Notes: generated by a model not told the origin, from the sequence alone. DNA of 64,000 nt from Neoconidiobolus thromboides FSU 785 (GCA_025603075.1 MU626279.1:112543-176542); one strand, 5' to 3'. Shown: positions 40,261 to 54,121, counted from the first letter of the stretch. A program made the numbers and translations.

Positions 40261-41396
40261 TCACATATCATTAAATATATCGATATTTAATAACTTTGGA
40301 AGGATAATGTATGCTAAATAAAAAAATGGCGATACAAATCTCAATAAAAGGATATTCTCAATTATGGTTAAATGGTAATAAGTACAAGTATGATTGAATA
40401 TCCAGGATATCTTTTCAAAGCATTTATAATTCATGTGTGCATAATAATAATAATATAACCCATTTGATACAATTAGTTCTATCAAAATATACCCTAAAAT
40501 AATTTTGCAATTGAATACTTTTATGCCCCTAATTATTTTTTTGATTATAATTGTAGGTACAGTTAATATTCTATTCATGCACAAATGGCCTTTCATTTCT
40601 AAAATAAATGCCATTGTATAAATATTTATCATTTGTATTACATAAATTAATAACTTGGGAATATATACGACTTACTATGTATGAATTTTATACCTAACTC
40701 TTCTTGAATTTTATTTTCAATCCTTATAAGATTTTTGGCTATAATGTATGATTGTTTTATAAATCTAAAGCTTTGAAAATGTTATATATTACTCTTTTTC
40801 TCTTTGAATTCTTCTTGTTGTCTCTTGGGGCTCAAAACAACTAAACATTGTAGTCAAATAGAAGCATTACATCAAAATATTACCATCTTTTAGTAGCATT
40901 TGGTCTAAATTTAATCCTGGGCTTTTATAAAGGGTTTTGTTTAACTTACTGAGTTTATTATTCATGTCTTTTATTTTAATAATAAGAAGCTTTTTCAGGA
41001 GCTCTTTATCTTTGGCCGTTTGATTTAACTTCGCTAATTGTAGTTCTAGCATATTTATTAGACATCTTTTATTAATCAAAGAATTTATCTGTTTTTTTAA
41101 TCCATTAGTTTCTGCTTTTAACTTAAAATTTAATAATATATTGCTAAATCTCTATAATAGCTTTATCATTTACCTTATTTCGTATATTATATTTATTGTC
41201 AATTTCTTTCTCAAGGATTGATCTTTTGACTCTTCCTTCTTTTAGACGACTAGAAATACTTTCAAACACCCCTAACTATAAACAATATAAATATAGTACC
41301 CTTTTACTTACTTTTATACTTTTGATGCTCTTTTTTCAATTTCACTAATATACTTTCTTCTTCTCTTATTTTATCATTGAAATAATCGTTATTCAT
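40261..41396 (-). CDS. Spliced hypothetical coiled-coil protein (3' end uncertain)
   Basis: From the ATG at 41396, five consecutive GT..AG introns keep an open frame (MNNDYFNDKIREEE../RVFESISSRL../LKAETNGL../VVLSPKRQ../KNLIRIENKIQEELGIKFIH..). Confidence 0.5.
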
Positions 41397-42279
41397 ACGA
41401 ATCTATTAAAAATCAGTATGTATTTTAAAATATACAATATACTACATATTTCAAATGTGAATGTAAGCCATTCAAATAAAATGTTTCCTTTTTGATATGC
41501 TCTATGATGTCAATGTACGAGTTCCTAACTTCATCCTTGTTACTCCATAAAGTCACTTGTTTATCTAATAAATATTTTTTATTTAAATGGATGTTCATGC
41601 TTTTAATTAAAAAAGTTTTGTTAACAAATTCATGTTTTGTTCAACATAATGTAATCACTATTTCATTTGATTGGTAATTAAATGATCTTATTATCCAACT
41701 TAATTAAATGCATTTTAATATGTTGATTTATAAAATATTTGAACAAGGCATTTAGTATATAAAATTCAGTCTTAATTTATTGTATATTATTCAATAAATT
41801 TATATTTCAAATGCATCAATCAGCAAGCAAATTTATGACAAATTTATAGTAGCTCAATTAGATTTAAGTTTAATTAAATTAATAAAATTAAAGACTAATT
41901 TCATTAGCATTTAATTCATTTTTAATTCATTACACATTAAGTTTGTTTCATTGTAATAGATTTTGATAATTGTATTTAATTTAAGTTAATTTTAATAAAC
42001 TTAATTTGTATTATAAATACTCAAACATCAATTGATTCTGTTTAAAATATATTAACAGCACTTAACTACTAAACAAAAAAGATTAATGGTTTAAAGAAAA
42101 TTAAAGAAACAAAAGAGTAAACATCGGAGATTTTTAGATAAAATAATAGCTATTCATTGAGTAAATCAAATCTTATAATGACAATAACTAATCGCTGTAC
42201 TATATACAAATAGTAATAAAATAAAGCAATGTAATATTATAATATAAACATGATTAACATGCAATATTATAATCTACTA

Positions 42280-43560
42280 TAAACCAATAATCAACAAGCG
42301 ATTATTTATTTTACGTGAAAGCCTGATTATAACATTTACTGAATATAAAGGGAGTAACTTGGGATTAATATTTCTATATTTGGTATAAGAAGCTTCCTTT
42401 TTTCTTTATGGACAACCCTTTTTTTTACATTAAAAATATTCCATTATCTACTCATTACTTTAAGTTGATAAAAAATCAACTTAATATTGCCTTTAAAGAA
42501 TACTCATTTATAAGTTAATTTCACCTATATAATTTAATATATTCTTTATCTCTTTAAGATTATATATAACATTTTACGAATCCCTATATTAAATTCTTGG
42601 AGTTGATTTTCTTAAATTATCTTTATTCATTATTATTCTCTTAATTAAATTCAAAGTATCCCCTATTCCCATTTATCTTTACAGTGGTTGGTTAATTGCC
42701 CCTCTAAGATGTCCCCATGTTTTTCAATAATTCTAAAGCAGCTAATTACTAAGTAAAAGTGCTCTTTAATTGGACAATTTAATTATTGCTATTCTTTGAT
42801 TGGCTTTAGTTGATCTTCAAGTTATGATTTAAGTTGCGGATGTACTTAGTATTGAAACTTCACCAAGCAATGATTTGAAATTTTGATAATAACTTAGAAT
42901 CAAATTATAAAAAGTACAAATAAAATCATGTTTTTTTTTCAAATGTACCCTAATTAGGGAATTCAAGAAGGGCAACTACATCATGTTAACTCAAGTTAAG
43001 AAGAAAATATTTAGTTGATGTACAAATAAAATAATCAAAATGATTTGTTAAAATTTCAACTTAACTTGAAAAAGAAAATACCAATAAAATGTTTTTAAGT
43101 TTAATTGTTTTACATATAGATTTTGAATTTATAAGTGGTTAGACCCCAACACGTTTATTTTTGCCAATCTTATAGGCGTTATAGATTTTGGTAAGTATGT
43201 TCAACATTTCAAAATATTCCGTAGTTAAGGTAAAAAGGGGTTATAAATTAATGCAACAAACTTTTTCAGTTGAGATACTTTCCCACCCTTTTTAAAGTTT
43301 TTTCAACTTTTACTTTGTTTTATTACCCCGGCGGACCTATACTTTGAATTTAGTTTTTGAATTTAACTCTAGTTACTAAACTTGACCCTTTACTTATACT
43401 TCACTTAATATTGTTTACATCAAAGACATAGCTTCCTTTAGTTGACTATCAGAGGCTAGTCCTTAATTGTATATATTGTATATAACCCCAAAACTAACTT
43501 GGAAAGTTAATTTAAATTTCACCTATATCTTAATAACCCCTTAATACCTATTACTACACC
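42280..43560 (-). pseudogene. Heavily decayed non-LTR retrotransposon-like relic
   Basis: Stop-riddled frames with LINE-like spacing: IGPPG**NKVKVEKTLKRVG, KIGKNKRVGV*PL, MGIGDTLNL, YTKYRNINP...RLLIIG. Confidence 0.3.
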
Positions 43561-43757
43561 TTTTATCCCTTTTGTTATTTACTTAATTAACCTAATAATT
43601 ACAATAGTTAAGCCGGAAACAACTTGTAAATTTGTTGGATCATAATCTAAAGTATAAATCAATACTAATCACTCAATTAAAGGAATACTTTATCCTTGAA
43701 GGAGATTAATTTTTGAATATATAAATTATAAAGATACTGTCTATATTTGAGCAGTTA

Positions 43758-45345
43758 ATGTACAACGACAACTCACCCCCATTCACTTCGGGGCAAGTTT
43801 CTAGTAGCACTCAAGCTACCAGCGATCAACCTCAAACAATCAACTTTCAAATGCCTTCGACCTATTATTCTAATGTTATGCCAGCGATTTCTAAATCAAC
43901 CTTGTGGTAAGTTATTTAAGCTTTTTGAAATTTATTCAATAATTTACTTTTTGCTCAATTTTTGCAGAAAATTTTGATGTATTAATTTGTTTTTTTTTGA
44001 TTTTTTTTTTGATCTTTTTCAATTATGATTAGGATGGGAGAATTAGAGCCATGGATGGATGAAGGAGTAATACGACAAATATGGGCTAGTCTCGGTTATC
44101 AGGTTACTGTCAAAGTAATCAATAATAGATCCACTGGCCAAAATGCCGGTTACTGTTTTGTAGACTTTTCATCTCCTTCTGAAGCGAAAATTGTTTTGAA
44201 TGCACTCCAAGGTGCTACTATTCCTGGTACTAGAAAGCTGTTTAGGCTTAATTGGGCACTCGGTGGCAATCAAGTCGGAGAGAAGTAAGTTTTTATTACT
44301 GACTTCAATCAAATTATTTAACTTGTGTATTAGAGTTGAGCCTATACCAGAATATTCTATTTTTGTTGGCGACTTGGCAGATTCTGTAGATGATGCTTCA
44401 TTATTAGCCTTATTTCGGTCACGATATACTTCAGCTCGCGCAGCTAAGGTAGTTTTGGACCCAGGTACTAATAGGCCTCGTGGTTATGGTTTTGTTCGAT
44501 TTGGCACTGAAGCCGATCGTGTACGTGCACTTAATGAAATGCCGGGTGCAATATTCCAAGGTCGTCCTATTCGAGTATCGTTGGCTACACCAAGGTCCAA
44601 AGGTGGGGCGCCACAAGAACCTGCACCCCAGACACCTGAAGCACAGTTAGGAATTGGCTACGTTGATACTTCTATAACAACCGTATTTGTTGGTAATCTC
44701 GCATCAGATGCTACTGAAGAAGATTTAAGAAAGTAAGTTACTTTATTTTATAACCTAACCTATTCTAATTCTATTAGCTATTTTCAAGCATTTGGTGAAA
44801 TCGACCATATTAAAATACCCCCAGGCAAGGGGTGTGGATTTGTTCAATTTGCATCCCGCCATCAAGCAGAAAGGGCATTAGCACAACTCAATGGGGTACA
44901 AATTGGATCAAATAGAGTCCGACTTTCTTGGGGTAGACTTCCACCTGATCGCCATAACCAACAACAACAACAAAGAGCACGCTTATTATTAGCACAGCAA
45001 ATGGAACAAGAAGCCATTTACCAAAGTCTAGGATTCAACACTAACCCAGGCTTAAATCAATTTGGCATGATGGGAAATAGAGGATATAATTTAATTAATT
45101 TAGACAATAGAAGTGGATGGATAAATAGACCAGATTCTATCCCACCTCAATTTAATATGGGAAGAAGTCCAATAATACCAAGCAGTCCCTATAATCCTAA
45201 TATTACAACCTCCTCTATGACTCCCAATACTAATGCTGCTGCTACTACTGCTCAAAACAGCGGCTATCATTCTGATAGTCCTTACAACACTGGTACAACT
45301 CAAAGTGGTGGGTATCACTCAGATAGCCCATTTGGCCAACCTTAG
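43758..45345 (+). CDS. Triple-RRM protein Nam8/Ngr1 (TRNAU1AP/UBP1-like)
   Basis: SKSTLW/MGELEPWMDE..GYCFVDF..FRLNWA; EYSIFVGDL..RPRGYGFVRF; TTVFVGNL..PGKGCGFVQF..RVRLSWG. Confidence 0.93.
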
Positions 45346-46027
45346 AATACTTTTTAATATATGTATGAGCTGTAAATACGTTGATTAATGAATAATTAGT
45401 TTCCTATTATATTAAGTTTTTAATCCGCTCGAGTTTGAATTTAAAAGTTACTTGAAGAAATGCTATAATAATGCAATTCATTTTATTTATTTCTTACTTG
45501 GCCTTTTTTATTTTCTGATTTTTAAAGTTTAATAATTTTACTAATAGGCTATAATAACCTTGATGGTATTTTGGCTATTTTTCAGTTCGTTTACTTTTAA
45601 ATCAGTTTTAATAAATATTAATTTCTTCACATTTTTTATTTAGTTATAAAATATTAATCTAAGTTAATTTTAAATTTTGAAATTAAAATTGAAGTAGTTT
45701 CAAATTAATTTATTTTTTCAAAATTTCACATATTTGATTTTAAAAAGGAACTCAAAATTAGCTTAAAAAGTCATAAATTTTAATGTATTATAAAATAGTT
45801 TGAACCGAAATCATAATCCCAATTCTTAGTATAAGTACTATAAAATTAAAATCCTTGTTATGCTTTATTTTCACTAATAATTTCCTTAATATCTAAATAA
45901 TTTTCCGCTATATTTAAATTTACACTCTTTTATCTATGTAAATTTAATAATAATTAATGGATAGCCTTTTCCGTTATAAGATATCAATAAGTTGCTGAAT
46001 TTCCTTTTGGCAATAAAACAGGGATAT

Positions 46028-46079
46028 GAGGATGTTTTTTGCTTCATTACTCTTTCCATTTTTTAAGCGTTATTTGAGT
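46028..46079 (-). mobile_element. MITE half copy (right end)
   Basis: GAGGATGTTTTTTGCTTCATTACTCTTTCCATTTTTTAAGCGTTATTTGAG, then truncated. Confidence 0.75.
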
Positions 46080-46159
46080 TAATAATTTATCATTTTATCA
46101 TCAGAATTAATGTTTGGGAATTTATTTTTTAATTTGATAACACTAATTTAAAATTTTAT

Positions 46160-46205
46160 GAGGGTGTTTTTTTCAAGAATTTTACTAACATTTTTCCACT
46201 CAAGT
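46160..46205 (+). mobile_element. MITE half copy (left end)
   Basis: GAGGGTGTTTTTTTCAAGAATTTTACTAACATTTTTCCACTCAAG, then truncated. Confidence 0.75.
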
Positions 46206-46273
46206 ACAGAAGTTTAAGTTATTTAATTGATACTATCTAAAGTTAGCTAGGAAAATTAGTTTTTATTAAGCAA

Positions 46274-46745
<472 letters not shown>

Positions 46746-47828
46746 TCATTTAACTTTTCTTTTTCTTTTTATATAATTCCTTTTACAAGCATGACCTCAT
46801 TGTGTGACTTTACGCATTATACTTGGTAAGCCAATCAGATTTCAATATTTGGGCATAGTTCATATGTTCTACATCACCTCCAATTTACTATCCATTTATA
46901 ATCACTTGAAGCTGCGGTTAAACTCACATATTTAACCAATTGATAAGCTTTATCTAAACGATAAAATAAACTACTGCCATAATGATTTGCTCAAAGGCAT
47001 GTAAGTTAAAAATTTAGCCAATGAAAGTGAAGTTTGGATAGTTTAATAGGGAAATCTATGGAGAAATATCTAGATTAGAAAAAAAATCGTTAAATTTGAC
47101 AATAGAAAATATCTCTTATATATAACATCCTTTATAGGAGTTAATCTTGCTAACCTTCGATATAAATTTATAGTTTGATTTATAATGAGCTCCCCTACTT
47201 TAAGTAATGCAATAATTAAGTAAAATATATAAAATGTTGGATTTTATTAAATTTAATTTAAGTCAGGTCTTATTTTAGATCATGATATAATTGTATTAAT
47301 AATATGATAAAATTCGTCATAGTATTAAAATTTTTACTTAGTATTGTCAATGTATTATTTTTGGAAGAGAAGTTTTTAAAACAAGCTTCTACTTAACTTA
47401 AATTGTAGGAATTAATAAGTGAAATCAGAAAATAAATCTTCATGCTATTTATATAGTAAACAATAGGAAGTCGAATAGTAAGTTATTTGTTATATTATTT
47501 GGTGTATAGTATTCCCACGAGTACATTTTCTGCCTGATTTAAACTTTTATATCAAAAACAAAATGTGTAAAATATTTTAAAAATCTACTCATCTTATGTA
47601 ACATTAACAGCTTTATAAATAACAAATATTAGCTAAATTTAAATGGTATAAGGATTTTATTTAATTAGTGTTAAATTAAAATAAAGTAATATAGTGTATG
47701 ACTGCATTAAAAGAACTAAACCGGGAAATGGAAACAATTTTTCAAAGTAATTTTAAATATAATAAAAGTGTAAAATTTCAAACATAAGTATAAAACGTTG
47801 AAAATGTTAGCTATTTAAGATAATATAT

Positions 47829-47923
47829 GAGGATGTATTTTTATGTTTAAGAATTTTACTAACAATTTTTCCACTCAAATAGCGCTTAAAAGATGGAAAA
47901 AGTGAAGCTAAAAAAACATCCCC
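47829..47923 (+). mobile_element. MITE copy downstream of ERG7
   Basis: GAGGATGT...ACATCCCC; TSD ATAT/ATAT. Confidence 0.9.
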
Positions 47924-48121
47924 ATATACTAATTGATTAAAACTTTCAAAAAGCTTATAAGTTATAATTCTTTGAAATAAAATAAGATTTAATACTAATA
48001 TTAATTTAAAAATCATTAAATACTAGAACCAAAAGGTGCTCCCATGTATATTTTATAATAAAATAATTGAAATTAAACAAGTTATTTAGTTAAAGCCACT
48101 AACGATATTTTTGTAAAAAGA

Positions 48122-50992
48122 TCAAAAAGGCTTATCGTCGTACAATTTAGCATATCTACCAAGAGCCCAAATAGTAAAGGTAAGTTTATAATTGGGGTAT
48201 GAAATCATACAGTTTTTGTTAAATACACCTTCAATCAATTCTTGTTCCCATTCACCAGATGGAAGCTGACGGTCCATGATTAACTAATAATTTGTTTAAA
48301 GATAACTTGTAATAATACCAATTAACTTACCTTAATACCTTTACGAATTATTTCTTCATCAGGATATTTAGCTGCCATTAAAGAGAGTATAGCCCACGAT
48401 GTATTAACCACTTGTGATTTCTCCGCTTGAGTATATTTTTTATTCTCACATGACTAAAATAACAATTAATCTATATTGCTGATAATGAAGTAAATAAGTA
48501 CTTTATAAGTTTCACCCCAACCACCATCATTCATTTGTTTAGAAACCAAGTAATCACATGCATTTTTGACTGATTTACTAATATTATGTTATATTGTATT
48601 AAAAGCAATATTATTGAACATTGATATTATTACCTATTATTATAAAATTCACCAAAGGTAGAAAGAGATTCAATAGCAAAAAAGGTAGCATAAGTAAAAC
48701 AAACCCCCCAAGAACCATACCAAGAACCGTCTTTCCATTGAATTGATTTTATATAGTCTACTGCTTTCTTTTGAGCAACTCTAAATTGATATTGTAAATT
48801 GGATCAACCAAAATATTTAATTCACTTACTTAATCTCATTACTGCGATGATCTGGATAAAATTTTTGGAAGGCTGTCAATCCCAATAATACCGCAGTAGT
48901 GCATTCGGGATAAGAATACTCAATCATTATATCACCTATAATAACAAAACGCGTAAGTAATATTCAATTGTCAAAAAAGAATTGCAAAAACATACTGAAT
49001 ACTTCAGCTACATTTAAAAGTTCAAAATAGGCACCTCCACGGACTAGTTCATAAGAAGCACAACCACCATTGGGGTTTTGGATAGACAACAATACATTGA
49101 CTGCATCAAAAAGTCTTTCGTCGCTTATTAATTTTTCATGAATGCTATATTATTTTTAAAACTTAGTTGTTAAAATTGAATTGAATTAAAAATTACTTCA
49201 AATTTTGTAAATATAATACTGCTTTCAGTCCTTCTGCAGTACAATCTGAAACAGTATAAGATTGGTCACGGGTACTAAATGGCCAAGCACCTTTGGATAT
49301 ATGACGATAATCTTTACCGTAATGTATACTATTAGATTTTATCTAAACAACATAAAAATAAAAATAAAAATTAATTAAAATGAAGCTACTTGGCATTGAT
49401 CTATAAATTCATATGCTTTTATAAGACTATCTTTAAATTCTTCCTTTTCTTGTAACTTTGCTTCAACCATAGCCTGCACTATAAAAGCTGTATCCCATAG
49501 TTGTACTCCATTAGTCCCATTCATCATCATACCATCTCTCCCTAAATGTAAAAAATCCCCTATTCTTTCAACATGTTTCAAGAAGCGCTCATTGTCTACT
49601 CCATATTTATGATAAATGCATAACATATTTAAAACTTGGTTGACCTAAAAATTTAATTTAATATACCACTACTATATGACGAATGCTATATTATATTATA
49701 ACAATAAAGTATTACCGGTCCAACATCCAAATACTTAGTATTCTCATCTTCCATTTCAATTTGATTCAAAGCTTCTTTTATCCCCAATTCCCTTAATTGT
49801 CCAATATAATTTGAAGCTTGTTCATACCAAGTCAAACAATCTAATAATGTTATAAATATATAAAAAACTCCATTAAACTTATAATTGATTACAATTGATC
49901 GCCTTCATCACAGTCGAGTGAGGTTGATATAAATCTAAAGAATGTATATTATTTCTATGTATGGACCAATCGATATTATCATATTGTATATTATAGATTT
50001 CCTATTTTATTAGATTATTCAAACGATTTAAGTTATTATCAAGTTACTCTTCTTAATTCCTCAATGAATGAGTTCTCTTCACATTGGAACTTTACTCCGT
50101 ACAGATAAGACATAGGAGTATACACATTTCTACTATGGACCCACATTTTTCCTGGATGAAAAGGAGACCAATCTGGTAAGATCCTAAACATCATATTAAT
50201 TGGCTATTTTTTAAAAACATACAATATAAAATGTCATCGTATTATTATAATTCAAAGGCGAAAATTACCATAATTCCGGGGGGATAGGATTCATGCCCTG
50301 GTAATCATAAAGATTCATACAAGCTAGTAGCAATTTACCCCAAGAAGGAACAGAAACAGCCCCACCTTTAATTATCATTATAAATAAAATAATTTATAAA
50401 TCTAATATTACCATTTTCAATAATGAATTTTCTGGCATTCTTTAATTTAACATGTTCTTTATCTAGCCCAAAGATCCTTAAAGACACATAATTCATTACA
50501 GTTCCATACATCGTTGAATGGTGTTCAATATGCAATCCCCAACCGCCATCTTTATTTTGAAAATTTAGCAAATATCGGATAAGTTCTTTTCTATATTCCA
50601 GTCCTAATTCAAATTGAGTAATGTAATATGTCACTGCCAATCCTGGAATTAAAAACAATGGACCTCCATATTCACAGGCAAAATGACCATCCTCTGTTTG
50701 TAAATCTTTTAAAAAATTATAACCAAAATAAGCAGCTTCAGATGCTTTATCCGCTTTAGGGTTACTTGCTTTTTCCTATTAAAAATCCAATTATCATCAT
50801 TACAATTGTCGTTATAGTTTTATTTACATATTCCAAGCCTATTGAATATTTATCGAATTTGGTCTGTGGCCAATTTTGTCTTTCTTCTTTGGTATTTAGA
50901 TAATGCCAAGTTTGTCTTCCATCATCTACTTTCATACGCCAACCGTTTAAGTCAGTTGCTGGTATTTCATCTAGTCCAATAGATAAAGTCAT
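48122..50992 (-). CDS. ERG7: Lanosterol synthase (oxidosqualene cyclase), more than 10 introns
   Basis: [80 protein letters not shown] at the positions of Arabidopsis CAS1 Y410/H477/I481 indicates lanosterol rather than cycloartenol. Confidence 0.96.
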
Positions 50993-51056
50993 CTTAAATA
51001 TTTATTTTATTAGAAAAAGTAGCAAAGAATATCTATTTTATAGCATTTAATCCAAA

Positions 51057-51066
51057 ATCGTATGAT
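51057..51066. promoter_or_regulatory. Candidate sterol regulatory element (SREBP-type) ATCGTATGAT
   Basis: 65-74 bp upstream of the ERG7 ATG; fits the fungal SRE pattern ATCRKRYSAT. Confidence 0.5.
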
Positions 51067-51148
51067 GTGCTTTTTTTAATCTATTTAATCTTACTTATTT
51101 TATTGGATAATCTTGTCCCCTATTTAAATTTTAAGTATATTTTGCCCT

Positions 51149-51166
51149 ATCGTACCATCATATCAT
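51149..51166. promoter_or_regulatory. Candidate SRE ATCGTACCAT, overlapping ATCATATCAT
   Basis: 157-174 bp upstream of the ERG7 ATG. Confidence 0.55.
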
Positions 51167-51171
51167 AATAT

Positions 51172-51265
51172 GGAAATGTTTTTTTTGATTTCATACTCTT
51201 TCCATTTTTAAGTGCTATTTGAGCCGAAAAATTAGTAAAATTCTTAAACACAAAAATACACTCCC
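51172..51265 (-). mobile_element. MITE copy in the ERG7 upstream region
   Basis: TSD ATAT/ATAT. Confidence 0.88.
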
Positions 51266-51861
51266 ATATTATAGTTCTATAAATTCAGCATCGTCCTCGG
51301 ATAAACTAATTCCCAAAAGATACTTTTACAAAAATAACATTTAACCTATTTTATTATTAATAGTTATATTTATTTCTACATAATACACATGTACATAAGT
51401 GAAAATGATAAAAATATACATGTTTTTTGCTCCTAAAGCTGACTAAGGCTTTTCTAAACTACAAGCTTAAGTAACGAACAAAGTAGTGAAAGGAAAGAAT
51501 ATTACGTATAAAAGTAACATCAAACTAAAGGTATTTAGCAAGTGATTGATCAAGTATATTTTGTATAATTTATTTATAGCTTATTGCACTTATACGCTTT
51601 TAATAGAATAAATGCTTTATTAAAGATGAAGTTATCCTTTTTTTCTGTAATCACTAATTTTAAAATTTTATATTAGATAAAAATGAACAATACAGCAAAT
51701 AGAGAACATTCTTATGATTCTTGAATTTCTTAAATATCAAAATATGTATTAATAATTAGTATAAATATGATTTTATCAAAGGCTTAGATTAAATTAATAT
51801 CTCTATATCATTTATAATATTTCTAAAGAATGAAAAGGAGTAATAAGATATATAAATAACT

Positions 51862-51956
51862 GGGAATGTTTTTTGTTTAAGAATTTTGCTGATAAAATCT
51901 CCGCTCAAATAACGCTCAAAAAATGGATAAAGTAATGAAACCAAAAAAAAATTCTC
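51862..51956 (+). mobile_element. MITE copy (diverged)
   Basis: Flanks AACT/AAAT. Confidence 0.8.
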
Positions 51957-51991
51957 AAATCATGTTTACTTAAAATTAATTTATTTAAGAT

Positions 51992-52085
51992 GGGGTGTAT
52001 TTTTTGTCTAAGAATCTCACTAATAGACTTTTCCACTCAAATAGCACAAAAAAATGGAAAAAGTGATGAAACCAGAAAACACCCC
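51992..52085 (+). mobile_element. MITE copy
   Basis: GGGGTGT...ACACCCC; TSD not preserved. Confidence 0.8.
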
Positions 52086-52182
52086 ATACTTAATATCTAA
52101 GTATTGGTTAAGGTTATATTAATAAAAATAAGCAATAGTATGCTTTTTATTGTCAGTGAGTTATAATAAATGATAAAACACA

Positions 52183-52370
52183 ATATCAGGTCGTTCGAAA
52201 TGTCTCAGTATAAATTCATGCCTATTAAAAATAGTTAGTTATTGCTTGCAACACCACTATAGAGTTTGGTTAAATATTCATTTTATAGTTAAAATTTACT
52301 ATTGCAAGTAATAACTGACTATCCTTAATAGACATGAATTTATACTAAGATAATTTGAACAATCTAATGT
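52183..52370. repeat. Foldback element B: 69-bp inverted arms around a 50-bp spacer
   Basis: 52183-52251 vs the reverse complement of 52302-52370: 56 of 69 positions identical, ungapped. Confidence 0.85.
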
Positions 52371-53390
52371 AAGCTTTAAAATGTGGAATATTTTTTATCA
52401 ATTGCTCACTTGCTATTTTAAATTTTAAAATTAAACTGTCAATCAGCATGATGGTGTAAATAGTTATAAATTATATCAATAGTTATCACACACTTGAGCT
52501 TAAACAAGCTGCATTAGTTAATTTTTAAATTTCAAAAAGTAATAAAGGTGGACAACATTTGGTAGAAAACATTCCTATGTATATACACTAATACTAGAAT
52601 TTAAATTCTTAACGGTATTTTTAGAAACTGCTAATAATGAATTTATGTTTTTGACATATTTGAAAGTTTACTTAATTTAAACATAGTGGATACTACTAAA
52701 TTTATATAGGTAAAATAAAAATCATTTCTAATTATTGTTTTAAAATAAATTATAAGGATAAAAGCAAGTTAAAAATAGCTTTTAAAATAGGTAATTCTAT
52801 TATTTAAATATTAAGTTTGAGTTTCTAGTATGAATGCTTATACAAAACTTTATCCTATTACAAAACAGTGTGAGCAAGTCTATACCCTCTTAATTTATCA
52901 TTTATGCTATTTATAGAATTTACATAAATCCGTTTATTTGAATGTTTGTTCAATATAATAATATATTACTATGCCATAAAATATAAAAATATAAAAGCAT
53001 ATATAATTATAGAATGATAAATATACTCAGTAAATAATAAATCGTTATTTATAACTAAACATTGTTATTTTTAAATTAATGAATAATAAAAATAAACAAT
53101 GTGATTAAGGTTAATTTGATTGACACTTTAGTATTGACTTTTCTAGTTGATTTAATTATTATTATATTTTCATTATTCATCTTATGATACGAAATGATTT
53201 AAACTATAATCTCATAATAGCATTTAAAAATAGATTCGAAATAGAAACCTGTTTCCAAATATCTCTGCTATGCCAGCTTAGTATATACAATATCAAACTA
53301 ATAAAAATAAGTGGAATCAAAGCAATATATAAAGGATCAAACACCCAATTAGTTAATAAACAATTCAACTATTCGGTTTAATCAAATACT

Positions 53391-54121
53391 ATGAAATCTT
53401 CCTTTTTAATTGCTTCTTTCGCTTCACTTATTGCTGCACAAAACAAAGGTAGTGCAAGGTATGATACCAACTCAGGTAATTGAAATAAATTACATTTTAG
53501 ACAAATTTTATCTTTATAATTTAGGGTATCGTAAATGTAGTTTTCCTGATGGTACTTATACTGACCAAGTATTTGTGGGTCCGCTTTATTATAATGGTGC
53601 TCAATCTTGTGGAGCTTGTCTTAGTATTACTAACACTGCCAACAATCAAACTGTCATTGCAAACGTAGTTGATCAGTGTGTTGGATGTGGCCAATTTGAT
53701 TTAGTCATGAGCTTGAATACTTTTCAAAAGATTGCCGATCCAGCTGCAGGAGTAGTGAACGTTTCTTGGAATCAAATAAGGTGTCCAAATGTTCAAGGTA
53801 ATATTAAATATTCATGGCAATCTGGTTCCAATCAATGGTGGGCAGCAGTGCAGTAAGTTATATTTTATTACTTATATATATGTATAGTAATAGTTTAGAA
53901 TTCAAAATTATGTTTCGGCTGTAAGATCTTTAGAATATAAATCCGCTACTAAAGATTGGACACCAGTAATGCGCAGAGACGACAACTTTTTTATTTTATC
54001 TTCTGCTGGTCCTGGACCCTACAAATTCCGTCTTACATCCTACGACAACAAAGTAGTCGAAGACCCTAATGTAGTACCCTTGGAAAATGGCGGTATCCAA
54101 ACTTCCCCTGTACAGTTTTAA
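53391..54121 (+). CDS. Secreted two-domain expansin-like protein (DPBB + CBM63), 3 exons
   Basis: Signal peptide MKSSFLIASFASLIAAQ; YNGAQSCGACL, VVDQCVGC, GVVNVSW..RC, GSNQWWAAVQ/IQN..V.SLEY, W..VMRRDDNFF, GPYKFRLTSYD. Confidence 0.9.

Noticed and set aside
46831-47022. Three CCAAT boxes upstream of ubiquitin
   Set aside because: Plausible NF-Y sites, but a 5-mer is expected by chance and cannot be supported from sequence alone
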